From assembly GCF_009914755.1 (NCBI RefSeq), contig NC_060937.1: a stretch of 64,000 bases of DNA; one strand, given 5' to 3'. Both the position numbers and the translations under genes were made by a program. Shown here piece by piece: positions 47,801 to 62,800 of this stretch. Within the stretch, counting starts at the first letter, position 1, and each line of letters begins with the position of its first letter. The notes under the pieces are model-generated. The model worked only from the letters and a program-made list of their open reading frames with translations. It did not search any database and had not been told where the DNA came from. Source of the DNA: the human T2T-CHM13v2.0 reference genome, Homo sapiens.

Positions 47801-50800
47801 AAGTTCACAAACTATATATTATATACTGTACATAAAATATCAAAGTACCCAAACTATACATTATATACTGTACATAAAATATGAAATTACATCAAATATA
47901 TATTTTATTAGGTATGTAAAATATGAAAGTACATCAAATATAGATTATATACTGTACATAAAATACCAAACTACCCCAAATATATATTTTATACTGTACA
48001 TGAAATATCAAAGTTCTCAAACTATATATTATATACTGCACATAAAATATCAAAGTACCCAAGGTATATATTCCATACTGTACAAAAATTATCAAAGTAC
48101 CCAAAGCATATATTATATGCTGTACATAAAATATGAAAGTACATCAAATATATATTTTATTCTGTACATAAAATATCAAAGTACACCAAATATATATTCT
48201 ATACTGTACATAAAATATCAAGGTACCCAAACTATACATTATATACTGTACATAATATATGAAATTACATCAAATATATATTATATTAGGTACATAAAAT
48301 ATGAAAGTACATCAAATATAGATTATATACTGTACATAAAATATCAAAGTACCCAAATATATATCATATACTGTACATGAAATATCAAAGTTCACAAACT
48401 ATATATTATATACTGTACATAAAATATCAAAGTACCCAAACTATACATTATATACTGTACATAAAATCTGAAATTACATCAAATATATATTATATTAGGT
48501 ATGTAAAATATGAAAGTACATCAAATATAGATTGTATACTGTACATAAAATACCAAAGTACCCCAAATATATATTTTATACTGTACATGAAATATCAAAG
48601 TTCTCAAACTATATATTATATACTGCACATAAAATATCAAAGTACCCAAGCTATATATTCCATACTGTACAAAAAATATCAAAGTACCCAAAGCATATAT
48701 TATATGCTGTACATAAAATATGAAAGTACATCAAATATATATTTTATTCTGTACATAAAATATCAAAGTACACCAAATATATATTCTATACTGTACATAA
48801 AATATCAACGTACCCAAACTATACATTTTATACTGTACATAAAATATGAAATTACATCAAATATATATTATATTAGGTACATAAAATATGAAAGTACATC
48901 AAATATAGATTATACACTGTACATAAAATATCAAAGTACCCAAATATATATCATATACTTTACATGAAATATCAAAGTTCACAAACTATATATTATATAC
49001 TGTACATAAAATATCAAAGTACCCAAACTATACATTATATACTGTACATAAAAGATGAAATTACATCAAATATATATTATATTAGGTATGTAAAATATGA
49101 GAGTACATCAAATATAGATTATATACTGTACATAAAATACCAAAGTACCCCAAATATATATTTTATACTGTACATGAAATATCAAAGTTCTCAAACTATA
49201 TATTATATACTGCACATAAAATATCAAAGTACCCAAGGTATATATTCCATACTGTACAAAAAATATCAAAGTACCCAAAGCATATATTATATGCTGTACA
49301 TAAAATATGAAAGTACATCAAATATATATTTTATTCTGTACATAAAATATCAAAGTACACCAAATATATATTCTATACTGTACATAAAATATCAAGGTAC
49401 CCAAACTATACATTATATACTGTACATAAAATATGAAATTACATCAAATATATATTATATTAGGTACATAAAATATGAAAGTACATCAAATATAGATTAT
49501 ATACTGTACATAAAATATCAAAGTACCCAAATATATATCATATACTGTACATGAAATATCAAAGTTCACAAACTATATATTATATACTGTACATAAAATA
49601 TCAAAGTACCCAAACTATACATTATATACTGTACATAAAATATGAAATTACATCAAATATATATTTTATTAGGTATGTAAAATATGAAAGTACATCAAAT
49701 ATAGATTATATACTGTACATAAAATACCAAACTACCCCAAATATATATTTTATACTGTACATGAAATATCAAAGTTCTCAAACTATATATTATATACTGC
49801 ACATAAAATATCAAAGTACCCAAGGTATATATTCCATACTGTACAAAAAATATCAAAGTACCCAAAGCATATATTATATGCTGTACATAAAATATGAAAG
49901 TACATCAAATATATATTTTATTTTGTACATACAATATCAAAGTACACCAAATATATATTCTATAATGTACATAAAATATCAAGGTACGCAAACTATACAT
50001 TATATACTGTACATAAAATATGAAATTACATCAAATATATATTATATTAGGTACATAAAATATGAAAGTACATCAAATATAGATTCTATACTGTACATAA
50101 AATATCAAAGTACCCAAATATATATCATATACTGTACATGAAATATGAAAGTTCACAAACTATATATTATATACTGTACATAAAATATCAAAGTACCCAA
50201 ACTATACGTTATATACTGAACATAAAATATGAAATTACATCAAATATATATTATATTAGGTATGTAAAATATGAAAGTACATCAAATATAGATTATATAC
50301 TGTACATAATATACCAAAGTACCCCAAATATATATTTTATACTGTACATGAAATATCAAAGTTCTCAAACTGTATATTATATAGTGCACATAAAATATCA
50401 AAGTACCCAAGGTATATATTCCATACTGTACAAAAAATATCAAAGTACCCAAAGCATATATTATTTGCTGAACATAAAATATGAAAGTTCATCAAATATA
50501 TATTTTATTCTGTACATAAAATATCAAAGTACACCAAATATATATTCTATACTGTACATAAAATATCAAGGTACCCAAACTATACATTATATACTGTACA
50601 AAATAAATGAAATTACATCAAATATATATTATATTAGGTACATAAAATATGAAAGTACATCAAATATAGATTATATACTGTACATAAAATATCAAAGTAC
50701 CCAAATATATATCATATACTGTACATGAAATATCAAAGTTCACAAACTATATATTATATACTGTACATAAAATATCAAAGTACCCAAACTATACATTATA

Positions 50801-53800
50801 TACTGTACATAAAATATGAAATTACATCAAATATATATTTTATTAGGTATGTAAAATATGAAAGTACATCAAATATAGATTATATACTGTACATAAAATA
50901 CCAAAGTACCCCAAATATATATTTAATTCTGTACATGAAATATCAAAGTTCTCAAACTGTATATTATATACTGCACATAAAATATCAAAGTACCCAAGGT
51001 ATATATTCCATACTGTACAAAAAATATCAAAGTACCCAAAGCATATATTATATGCTGTACATAAAATATGAATGTACATCAAATATATATTTTATTCTGT
51101 ACATAAAATATCAAAGTACACCAAATATATATTCTATACTGTACATAAAATATCAAGGTACCCAAACTATACATTATATACTGTACATAAAAAACGAAAT
51201 TACATCAAATATATATTATATTAGGTACATAAAATATGAAAGTACATCAAATATAGATTATATACTGTACATAAAATATCAAAGTACCCAAATATATATC
51301 ATATACTGTACATGAAATATCAAAGTTCACAAACTATATATTATATACTGTACATAAAATATCAAAGTACCCACACTATACATTATATACTGTACATAAA
51401 ATATGAAATTACATCAAATATATATTATATTAGGTATGTAAAATATGAAAGTACATCAAATATAGATTATATACTGTACATAAAATACCAAAGTACCCCA
51501 AATATATATTTTATACTGTACATGAAATATCGAAGTTCTCAAACTATATATTATATACTGCACCTAAAATATCAAAGTACCCAAGGTATATATTCCATAC
51601 TGTACAAAAAATATCAAAGTACCCAAAGCATATATTATATTCTGTACATAAAATATGAAAGTACATCAAATATATATTTTATTCTGTACATAAAATTTCA
51701 AAGTACACCAAATATATATTCTATACTGTACATAAAATATCAAGGTACCCAAACTATACATTATATACTGTACATAAAATATGAAATTACATCAAAAATA
51801 TATTATATTAGGTACATAAAATATGAAAGTACATCAAATATAGATTATATACTGTACATAAAATATCAAAGTACCCAAATATATATCATACACTGTACAT
51901 GAAATATCAAAGTTCACAAACTATATATTATATACTGTACATAAAATATCAAAGTACCCAAACTATACATTATATACTGTACATAAAATATGAAATTACA
52001 TCAAATATATATTTTATTAGGTATGTAAAATATGAAAGTACATCAAATATAGATTATATACTGTACATAAAATACCAAACTACCCCAAATATATATTTTA
52101 TACTGTACATGAAATATCAAAGTTCTCAAACTATATATTATATACTGCACAGAAAATATCAAAGTACACAAGGTATATATTCCATACTGTACAAAAAATA
52201 TCAAAGTACCCAAAGCATATATTATATGCTGTACATAAAATATGAAAGTACATGAAATATATATTTTATTCTGTACATAAAATATCAAAGTACACCAAAT
52301 ATATATTCTATACTGTACATAAAATATCAAGGTACCCAAACTATACATTATATACTGTACATAAAATATGAAATTACATCAAATATATATTATATTAGGT
52401 ACATAAAATATGAAAGTACATCAAATATAGCTTATATACTGTACATAAAATATCAAAGTACCCAAATATATATCATATACTGTACATGAAATATCAAAGT
52501 TCACAAACTATATATTATATACTGTACATAAAATATCAAAGTACCCAAACTATACATTATATACTGTACATAAAATATGAAATTACATCAAATATATATT
52601 ATATTAGGTATGAAAATATGAAAGTACATCAAATATAGATTATATACTGTACATAAAATACCAAAGTACCCCAAATATATATTTTATACTGTACATGAAA
52701 TATCAAAGTTCTCAAACTATATATTATATACTGCACATAATATATCAAAGTACCCAAGGTATATATTCCATACTGTACAAAAAATATCAAAGTACCCAAA
52801 GCATATATTATATGCTGTACATAAAATATGAAAGTACATCAAATATAGATTATATACTGTACATAAAATATCAAAGTACACCAAATATATATTCTATACT
52901 GTACATAAAATATCAAGGTACCCAAACTATACATTATATACTGTACATAAGATATGAAATTACATCAAATATATATTATATTAGGTACATAAAATATGAA
53001 AGTACATCAAATATAGATTATATACTGTACATAAAATCTCAAAGTACCCAAATATATATCATATACTGTACATGAAATATCAAAGTTCACAAACTATATA
53101 TTATATACTGTACATAAAATATCAAAGTACCCAAACTATACATTATATTCTGTACATAAAAGATGAAATTACTTCAAATATATATTTTATTAGGTATGTA
53201 AAATATGAAAGTACATCAAATATAGATTATATACTGTACATAAAATACCAAAGTACCACAAATATATATTTTATACTGTACATGAAATATCAAAGTTCTC
53301 AAACTATATATTATATACTGCACATAAAATTTCAAAGTACCCAAGGTATATATTCCATACTGTACAAAAAATATCAAAGTACCCAAAGCATATATTATAT
53401 GCTGTACTTAAAATATGAAAGTACATGAAATATGTATTTTATTCTCTACATAAAATATCAAAGTACACCAAATATATATTCTATACTGTACATAAAATAT
53501 CAAGGTACCCAAACTATACATTATATACTGTACATAAAATATGAAATTACATCAAATATATATTATATTAGGTACATAAAATATGAAAGTACATCAAATA
53601 TAGATTATATACTGTACATAAAATATCAAAGTACCCAAATATATACCATATACTGTACATGAAATATCAAAGTTCACAAACTATATATTATATACTGTAC
53701 ATAAAATATCAAAGTACCCAAACTATACATTATATACTGTACATAAAATATGAAATTACATCAAATATATATTTTATTAGGTATGTAAAATATGAAAGTA

Positions 53801-56800
53801 CATCAAATATAGATTATATACTGTACATAAAATACCAAAGTACCCCAAATATATATTTTATACTGTACATGAAATATCAAAGTTCTCAAACTATATATTA
53901 TATACTGCACATAAAATATCAAAGTACCCAAGGTATATATTCCATACTGTACAAAAAATATCAAAGTACCCAAAGCATATATTATATGCTGTACATAAAA
54001 TATGAAAGTACATCAAGTATATATTTTATTCTGTACATAAAATATCAAAGTACACCAAGTATATATTCTATACTGTACATAAAATATCAAGGTACCCAAA
54101 CTATACATTATATACTGTATATAAGATATGAAATTACATCAAATATATATTATATTATGTACGTAAAATATGAAAGTACATCAAATATAGCTTATATACT
54201 GTACATAAAATATCAAAGTACCCAAATATATATCATATACTGTACATGAAATATCAAAGTTCACACACTATATATTATATACTGTACATAAAATATCAAA
54301 GTACCCAAACTATACATTATATACTGTACATAAAATATGAAATTACATCAAATATATATTTTATTAGGTATGTAAAATATGAAAGTACATCAAATATAGA
54401 TTATATACTGTACATAAAATACCAAAGTACCCCAAATATATATTTTATACTGTACATGAAATATCAAAGTTCTCAAACTATATATTATATACTGCACATA
54501 AAATATCAAAGTACCCAAGGTATATATTCCATACTGTACAAAAAATATCAAAGTACCCAAAGCATATATTATATGCTGTACATAAAATATGAAAGTACAT
54601 CAAGTATATATTTTATTCTGTACATAAAATATGAAAGTACACCAAGTATATATTCTATACTGTACATAAAATATCAAGGTACCCAAACTATACATTATAT
54701 ACTGTATATAAGATATGAAATTACATCAAATATATATTATATTATGTACGTAAAATATGAAAGTACATCAAATATAGCTTATATACTGTACATAAAATAT
54801 CAAAGTACCCAAATATATATCATATACTGTACATGAAATATCAAAGTTCACACACTATATATTATATACTGTACATAAAATATCAAAGTACCCAAACTAT
54901 ACATTATATACTGTACATAAAATATGAAATTACATCAAATATATATTTTATTAGGTATGTAAAATATGAAAGTACATCAAATATAGATTATATACTGTAC
55001 ATAAAATACCAAAGTACCCCAAATATATATTTTATACTGTACATGAAATATCAAAGTTCTCAAACTATATATTATATACTGCACATAAAATATCAAAGTA
55101 CCCAAGGTATATATTCCATACTGTACAAAAAATATCAAAGTACCCAAAGCATATATTATATGCTGTACATAAAATATGAAAGTACATCAAGTATATATTT
55201 TATTCTGTACATAAAATATCAAAGTACACCAAGTATATATTCTATACTGTACATAAAATATCAAGGTACCCAAACTATACATTATATACTGTATATAAGA
55301 TATGAAATTACATCAAATATATATTATATTATGTACGTAAAATATGAAAGTACATCAAATATAGCTTATATACTGTACATAAAATATCAAAGTACCCAAA
55401 TATATATCATATACTGTACATGAAATATCAAAGTTCACACACTATATATTATATACTGTACATAAAATATCAAAGTACCCAAACTATACATTATATACTG
55501 TACATAAAATATGAAATTACATCAAATATATGTTTTATTAGGTATGTAAAATATGAAAGTACATCAAATATAGATTATATACTGTACATAAAATACCAAA
55601 GTACCCCAAATATATATTTTATACTGTACATGAAATATCAAAGTTCTCAAACTATATATTATATACTGCACATAAAATATCAAAGTACCCAAGGTATATA
55701 TTCCATACTGTACAAAAAATATCAAAGTACCCAAAGCATATATTATATGCTGTACATAAAATATGAAAGTAAATGAAATATATATTTTATTCTCTACATA
55801 AAATATCAAAGTACACCAAATATATATTCTATACTGTACATAAAATGTCAAGTTACCCAAAGTATACATTATATACTGTACATAAAATATGAAATTACAT
55901 CAAATATATATTATATTAGGTACATAAAATATGAAAGTACATCAAATATAGATTATATACTGTACATAAAATATCAAAGTACCCAAATATATATCATATA
56001 CTGTACATGAAATATCAAAGTTCACAAACTATATATTATACACTGTACATAAAATATCAAAGTACCCAAACTATACATTATATACTGTACATAAAATATG
56101 AAATTACATCAAATATATATTTTATTAGGTATGTAAAATATGAAAGTACATCAAATATAGATTATATACTGTACATAAAATACCAAAGTACCCCAAAAAT
56201 ATATTTTATACTGTACATGAAATATCAAAGTTCTCAAACTATATATTATATACTGCACATAAAATATCAAAGTACCCAAGCTATATATTCCATACTGTAC
56301 AAAAAATATCAAAGTACCCAAAGCATATATTATATACTGTACATAAAATATGAAAGTACATCAAATATATATTTTATTCTGTACATAAAATATCAAAGTA
56401 CACCAAATATATATTCTATACTGTACATAAAATGTCAAGTTACCGAAAGTATACATTATATACTGTACATAAAATATGAAATTACATCAAATATATATTA
56501 TATTAGGTACATAAAATATGAAAGTACATCAAATATAGATTATATACTGTACATAAAATATCAAAGTACCCAAATATATATCATATACTGTACATGAAAT
56601 ATCAAAGTTCACAAACTATATATTATATACTGTACATAAAATATCAAAGTACCCAAACTATACATTATATACTGTACATAAAATATGAAATTACATCAAA
56701 TATATATTTTATTAGGTATGTAAAATATGAAAGTACATCAAATATAGATTATATACTGTACATAAAATACCAAAGTACCCCAAAAATATATTTTATACTG

Positions 56801-59800
56801 TACATGAAATATCAAAGTTCTCAAACTATATATTATATACTGCACATAAAATATCAAAGTACCCAAGCTATATATTCCATACTGTACAAAAAATATCAAA
56901 GTACCCAAAGCATATATTATATGCTGTACATAAAATATGAAACTACATCAAATATATATTTTATTCTGTACATAAAATATCAAAGTGCACCAAATATATA
57001 TTCTATACTGTACATAAAATATCAAGGTACCCAAACTATACATTATATACTGTACATAAAATATGAAATTACATCAAATATATATTATATTAGGTACATA
57101 AAATATGAAAGTACATCAAATATAGATTATATACTGTACATAAAATATCAAAGTACCCAAATATATATCATATACTGTACATGAAATATCAAAGTTCACA
57201 AACTATATATTATATACTGTACATAAAATATCAAAGTACCCAAAGTATACATTATATACTGTACATAAAATATGAAATTACATCAAATATATATTATATT
57301 AGGTATGTAAAATATGAAAGTACATCAAATATAGATTATATACTGTACATAAAATACCAAAGTACCCCAAATATATATTTTATACTGTACATGAAATATC
57401 AAAGTTCTCAAAATATATATTATATACTGCACATAAAATATCAAAGTACCCAAGGTATATATTCCATACTGTACAAAAAATATCAAAGTACCCAAAGCAT
57501 ATATTATATGCTGTACATAAAATATGAAAGTACATCAAATATATATTTTATTCTGTACATAAAATATCAAAGTACACCAAATACATATTCTAAACTGCAC
57601 ATAAAATATAAAGGTACCCAAACTATACATTATATACTGTACATAAAATATGAAATTACATCAAATATATATTATATTAGGTACATAAAATATGAAAGTA
57701 CATCAAATATAGATTATATACTGTACATAAAATATCAAAGTACCCAAATATATATCATATACTGTACATGAAATATCAGTTCACAAACTATATATTATAT
57801 ACCGTACATAAAATATAAAAGTACCCAAACTATACATTATATACTGTACATAAAATATGAAATTACATCAAATATATATTTTATTAGGTATGTAAAATAT
57901 GAAAGTACATCAAATATAGATTATATACTGTACATAAAATACCAAAGTACCCCAAATATATATTTTATACTGTACATGAAATATCAAAGTTCTCAAACTA
58001 TATATTATATACTGCACATAAAATATCAACGTACCCAAGGTATATATTCCATACTGTACAAAAAATATCAAAGTACCCAAAGCATATATTATATTCTGTA
58101 CATAAAATATGAAAGTACATCAAATATATATTTTATTCTGTACATAAAATTTCAAAGTACACCAAATATATATTCTATACTGTACATAAAATATCAAGGT
58201 ACCCAAACTATACATTATATACTGTACATAAAATATGAAATTACATCAAATATATATTATATTAGGTACATAAAATATGAAAGTACATCAAATATAGATT
58301 ATATACTGTACATAAAATATCAAAGTACCCAAATATATATCATATACTGTACATGAAATATCAAAGTTCACAAACTATATATTATATACTGTACATAAAA
58401 TATCAAAGTACCCAAACTATACATTATATACTGTACATAAAATATGAAATTACATCAAATATATATTTTATTAGGTATGTAAAATATGAAAGTACATCAA
58501 ATATAGATTATATACTGTACATAAAATACCAAACTACCCCAAATATATATTTTATACTGTACATGAAATATCAAAGTTCTCAAACTATATATTATATACT
58601 GCACATAAAATATCAAAGTACCCAAGGTATATATTCCATACTGTACAAAAAATATCAAAGTACCCAAAGCATATATTATATGCTGTACATAAAATATGAA
58701 AGTACATGAAATATATATTTTATTCTGTACATAAAATATCAAAGTACACCAAATATATATTCTATACTGTACATAAAATATCAAGGTACCCAAACTATAC
58801 ATTATATACTGTACATAAAATATGAAATTACATCAAATATATATTATATTAGGTACATAAAATATGAAAGTACATCAAATATAGCTTATATACTGTACAT
58901 AAAATATCAAAGTACCCAAATATATATCATATACTGTACATGAAATATCAAAGTTCACAAACTATATATTATATACTGTACATAAAATATCAAAGTACCC
59001 AAACTATACATTATATACTGTACATAAAATATGAAATTACATCAAATATATATTATATTAGGTATGAAATTATGAAAGTACATCAAATATAGATTATATA
59101 CTGTACATAAAATACCAAAGTACCCCAAATATATATTTTATACTGTACATGAAATATCAAAGTTCTCAAACTATATATTATATACTGCACATAAAATATC
59201 AAAGTACCCAAGGTATATATTCCATACTGTACAAAAAATATCAAAGTACCCAAAGCATATATTATATGCTGTACATAAAATATGAAAGTACATCAAATAT
59301 AGATTATATACTGTACATAAAATATCAAAGTACACCAAATATATATTCTATACTGTACATAAAATATCAAGGTACCCAAACTATACATTATATACTGTAC
59401 ATAAGATATGAAATTACATCAAATATATATTATATTAGGTACATAAAATATGAAAGTACATCAAATATAGATTATATACTGTACATAAAATCTCAAAGTA
59501 CCCAAATATATATCATATACTGTACATGAAATATCAAAGTTCACAAACTATATATTATATACTGTACATAAAATATCAAAGTACCCAACCTATACATTAT
59601 ATACTGTACATAAAATATGAAATTACATCAAATATATATTTTATTAGGTATGTAAAATATGAAAGTACATCAAATATAGATTATATACTGTACATAAAAT
59701 ACCAAAGTACCCCAAATATATATTTTATACTGTACATGAAATATCAAAGTTCTCAAACTATATATTATATACTGCACATAAAATATCAAAGTACCCAAGG

Positions 59801-62800
59801 TATATATTCCATACTGTACAAAAAATATCAAAGTACCCAAAGCATATATTATATGCTGTACATAAAATATGAAAGTACATCAAGTATATATTTTATTCTG
59901 TACATAAAATATCAAAGTACACCAAGTATATATTCTATACTGTACATAAAATATCAAGGTACCCAAACTATACATTATATACTGTATATAAGATATGAAA
60001 TTACATCAAATATATATTATATTATGTACGTAAAATATGAAAGTACATCAAATATAGCTTATATACTGTACATAAAATATCAAAGTACCCAAATATATAT
60101 CATATACTGTACATGAAATATCAAAGTTCACACACTATATATTATATACTGTACATAAAATATCAAAGTACCCAAACTATACATTATATACTGTACATAA
60201 AATATGAAATTACATCAAATATATATTTTATTAGGTATGTAAAATATGAAAGTACATCAAATATAGATTATATACTGTACATAAAATACCAAAGTACCCC
60301 AAATATATATTTTATACTGTACATGAAATATCAAAGTTCTCAAACTATATATTATATACTGCACATAAAATATCAAAGTACCCAAGGTATATATTCCATA
60401 CTGTACAAAAAATATCAAAGTACCCAAAGCATATATTTTATGCTGTACATAAAATATGAAAGTACATGAAATATATATTTTATTCTCTACATAAAATATC
60501 AAAGTACACCAAATATATATTCTATACTGTACATAAAATATCAAGGTACCCAAACTATACATTATATACTGTACATAAAATATGAAATTACATCAAATAT
60601 ATATTATATTAGGTACATAAAATATGAAAGTACATCAAATATAGATTATATACTGTACATAAAATATCAAAGTACCTAAATATATATCATATACTGTACA
60701 TGAAATATCAAAGTTCACAAACTATATATTATATACTGTACATAAAATATCAAAGTACCCAAACTATACATTATATACTGTACATAAAATATGAAATTAC
60801 ATCAAATATATATTATCTTAGGTATGTAAAATATGAAAGTACATCAAATATAGATTATATACTGTACATAAAATACCAAAGTACCCCAAATATATATTTT
60901 ATACTGTACATGAAATATCAAAGTTCTCAAACTATATATTATATACTGCACATAAAATATCAAAGTACCCAAGGTATATATTCCATACTGTACAAAAAAT
61001 ATCAAAGTACCCAAAGCATATATTATATGCTGTACATAAAATATGAAAGTACATGAAATATATATTTTATTTTGTACATAAAATATCAAAGTACACCAAA
61101 TATATATTCTATACTGTACATAAAATATCAAGGTACCCAAACTATACATTATATACTGTACATAAAATATGAAATTACATCAAAAATATATTATATTAGG
61201 TACATAAAATATGAAAGTACATCAAATATAGATTATATACTGTACATAAAATATCAAAGTACCCAAATATATATCATATACTGTACATGAAATATCAAAG
61301 TTCACAAACTATATATTATATACTGTACATAAAATATCAAAGTACCCAAACTATACATTATATACTGTACATAAAATATGAAATTACATCAATTATACAT
61401 TATATTAGGTATGTAAAATATGAAAGTACATCAAATAGAGGTTATATACTGTACATAAAATACCAAAGTACCCCAAATATATATTTTATACTGTACATGA
61501 AATATCAAAGTTCTCAAACTATATATTATATACTGCACCTAAAATATCAAAGTACCCAAGGTATATATTCCATAATGTACAAAAAATATCAAAGTACCCA
61601 AAGCATATATTATATGCTGTACATAAAATATGAAAGTAGATGTAATATATATTTTATTCTCTACATAAAATATCAAAGTACACCAAATATATATTCTATA
61701 CTGTACATAAAATATCAAGTTACCCAAACTATACATTATATACAGTACATAAAATATGAAATTACATCAAATATAGATTATATACTGTACATAAAATATC
61801 AAAGTACCCAAATATATATCATATACTGTACATGAAATATCAAAGTTCACAAACTATATATTATATACTGTACATAAAATATCAAGGTACCCAAACTATA
61901 CATTATATAATGTACATAAAAGATGAAATTAAATCAAATATATATTATCTTAGGTATGTAAAATATGAAAGTACATCAAATATAGATTATATACTGTACA
62001 TAAAATACCAAAGTACCCCAAATATATATTTTATACTGTACATGAAATATCAAAGTTCTCAAACTATATATTATATAGTGCACATAAAATATCAAAGTAC
62101 CAATGGTATATATTCCATACTGTACAAAAAATATCAAAGTACCCAAAGCATATATTATGCTGTACATAAAATATGAAAGTACATGAAATATATATTTTAT
62201 TCTGTACATAAAATATCAAAGTACACCAAATATATATTCTATACTGTACATAAAATATCAAGGTACCCAAACTATACATTATATACTGTACATAAAATAT
62301 GAAATTACATCAAATATATATTATATTAGGTACATAAAATATGAAAGTACATCAAATATAGATTATATACTGTACATAAAATATCAAAGTACCCAAACTA
62401 TACATTATATACTGTACATAAAAGATGAAATTACATCAAATATATATTATATTAGGTATGTAAAATATGAAAGTACATCAAATATAGATTATATACTGTA
62501 CATAAAATACCAAAGTACCCCAAATATATATTTTATACTGTACATGAAATATCAAAGTTCTCAAACTATATATTATATACTGCACATAAAATATCAAAGT
62601 ACCCAAGGTATATATTCCATACTGTACAAAAAATATCAAAGTACCCAAAGCATATATTATATGCTGTACATAAAATATGAAAGTACATCAAATATATATT
62701 TTATTCTGTACATAAAATATCAAAGTACACCAAATATATATTCTATACTGTACATAAAATATCAAGGTACCCAAACTATACATTATATACTGTACATAAA

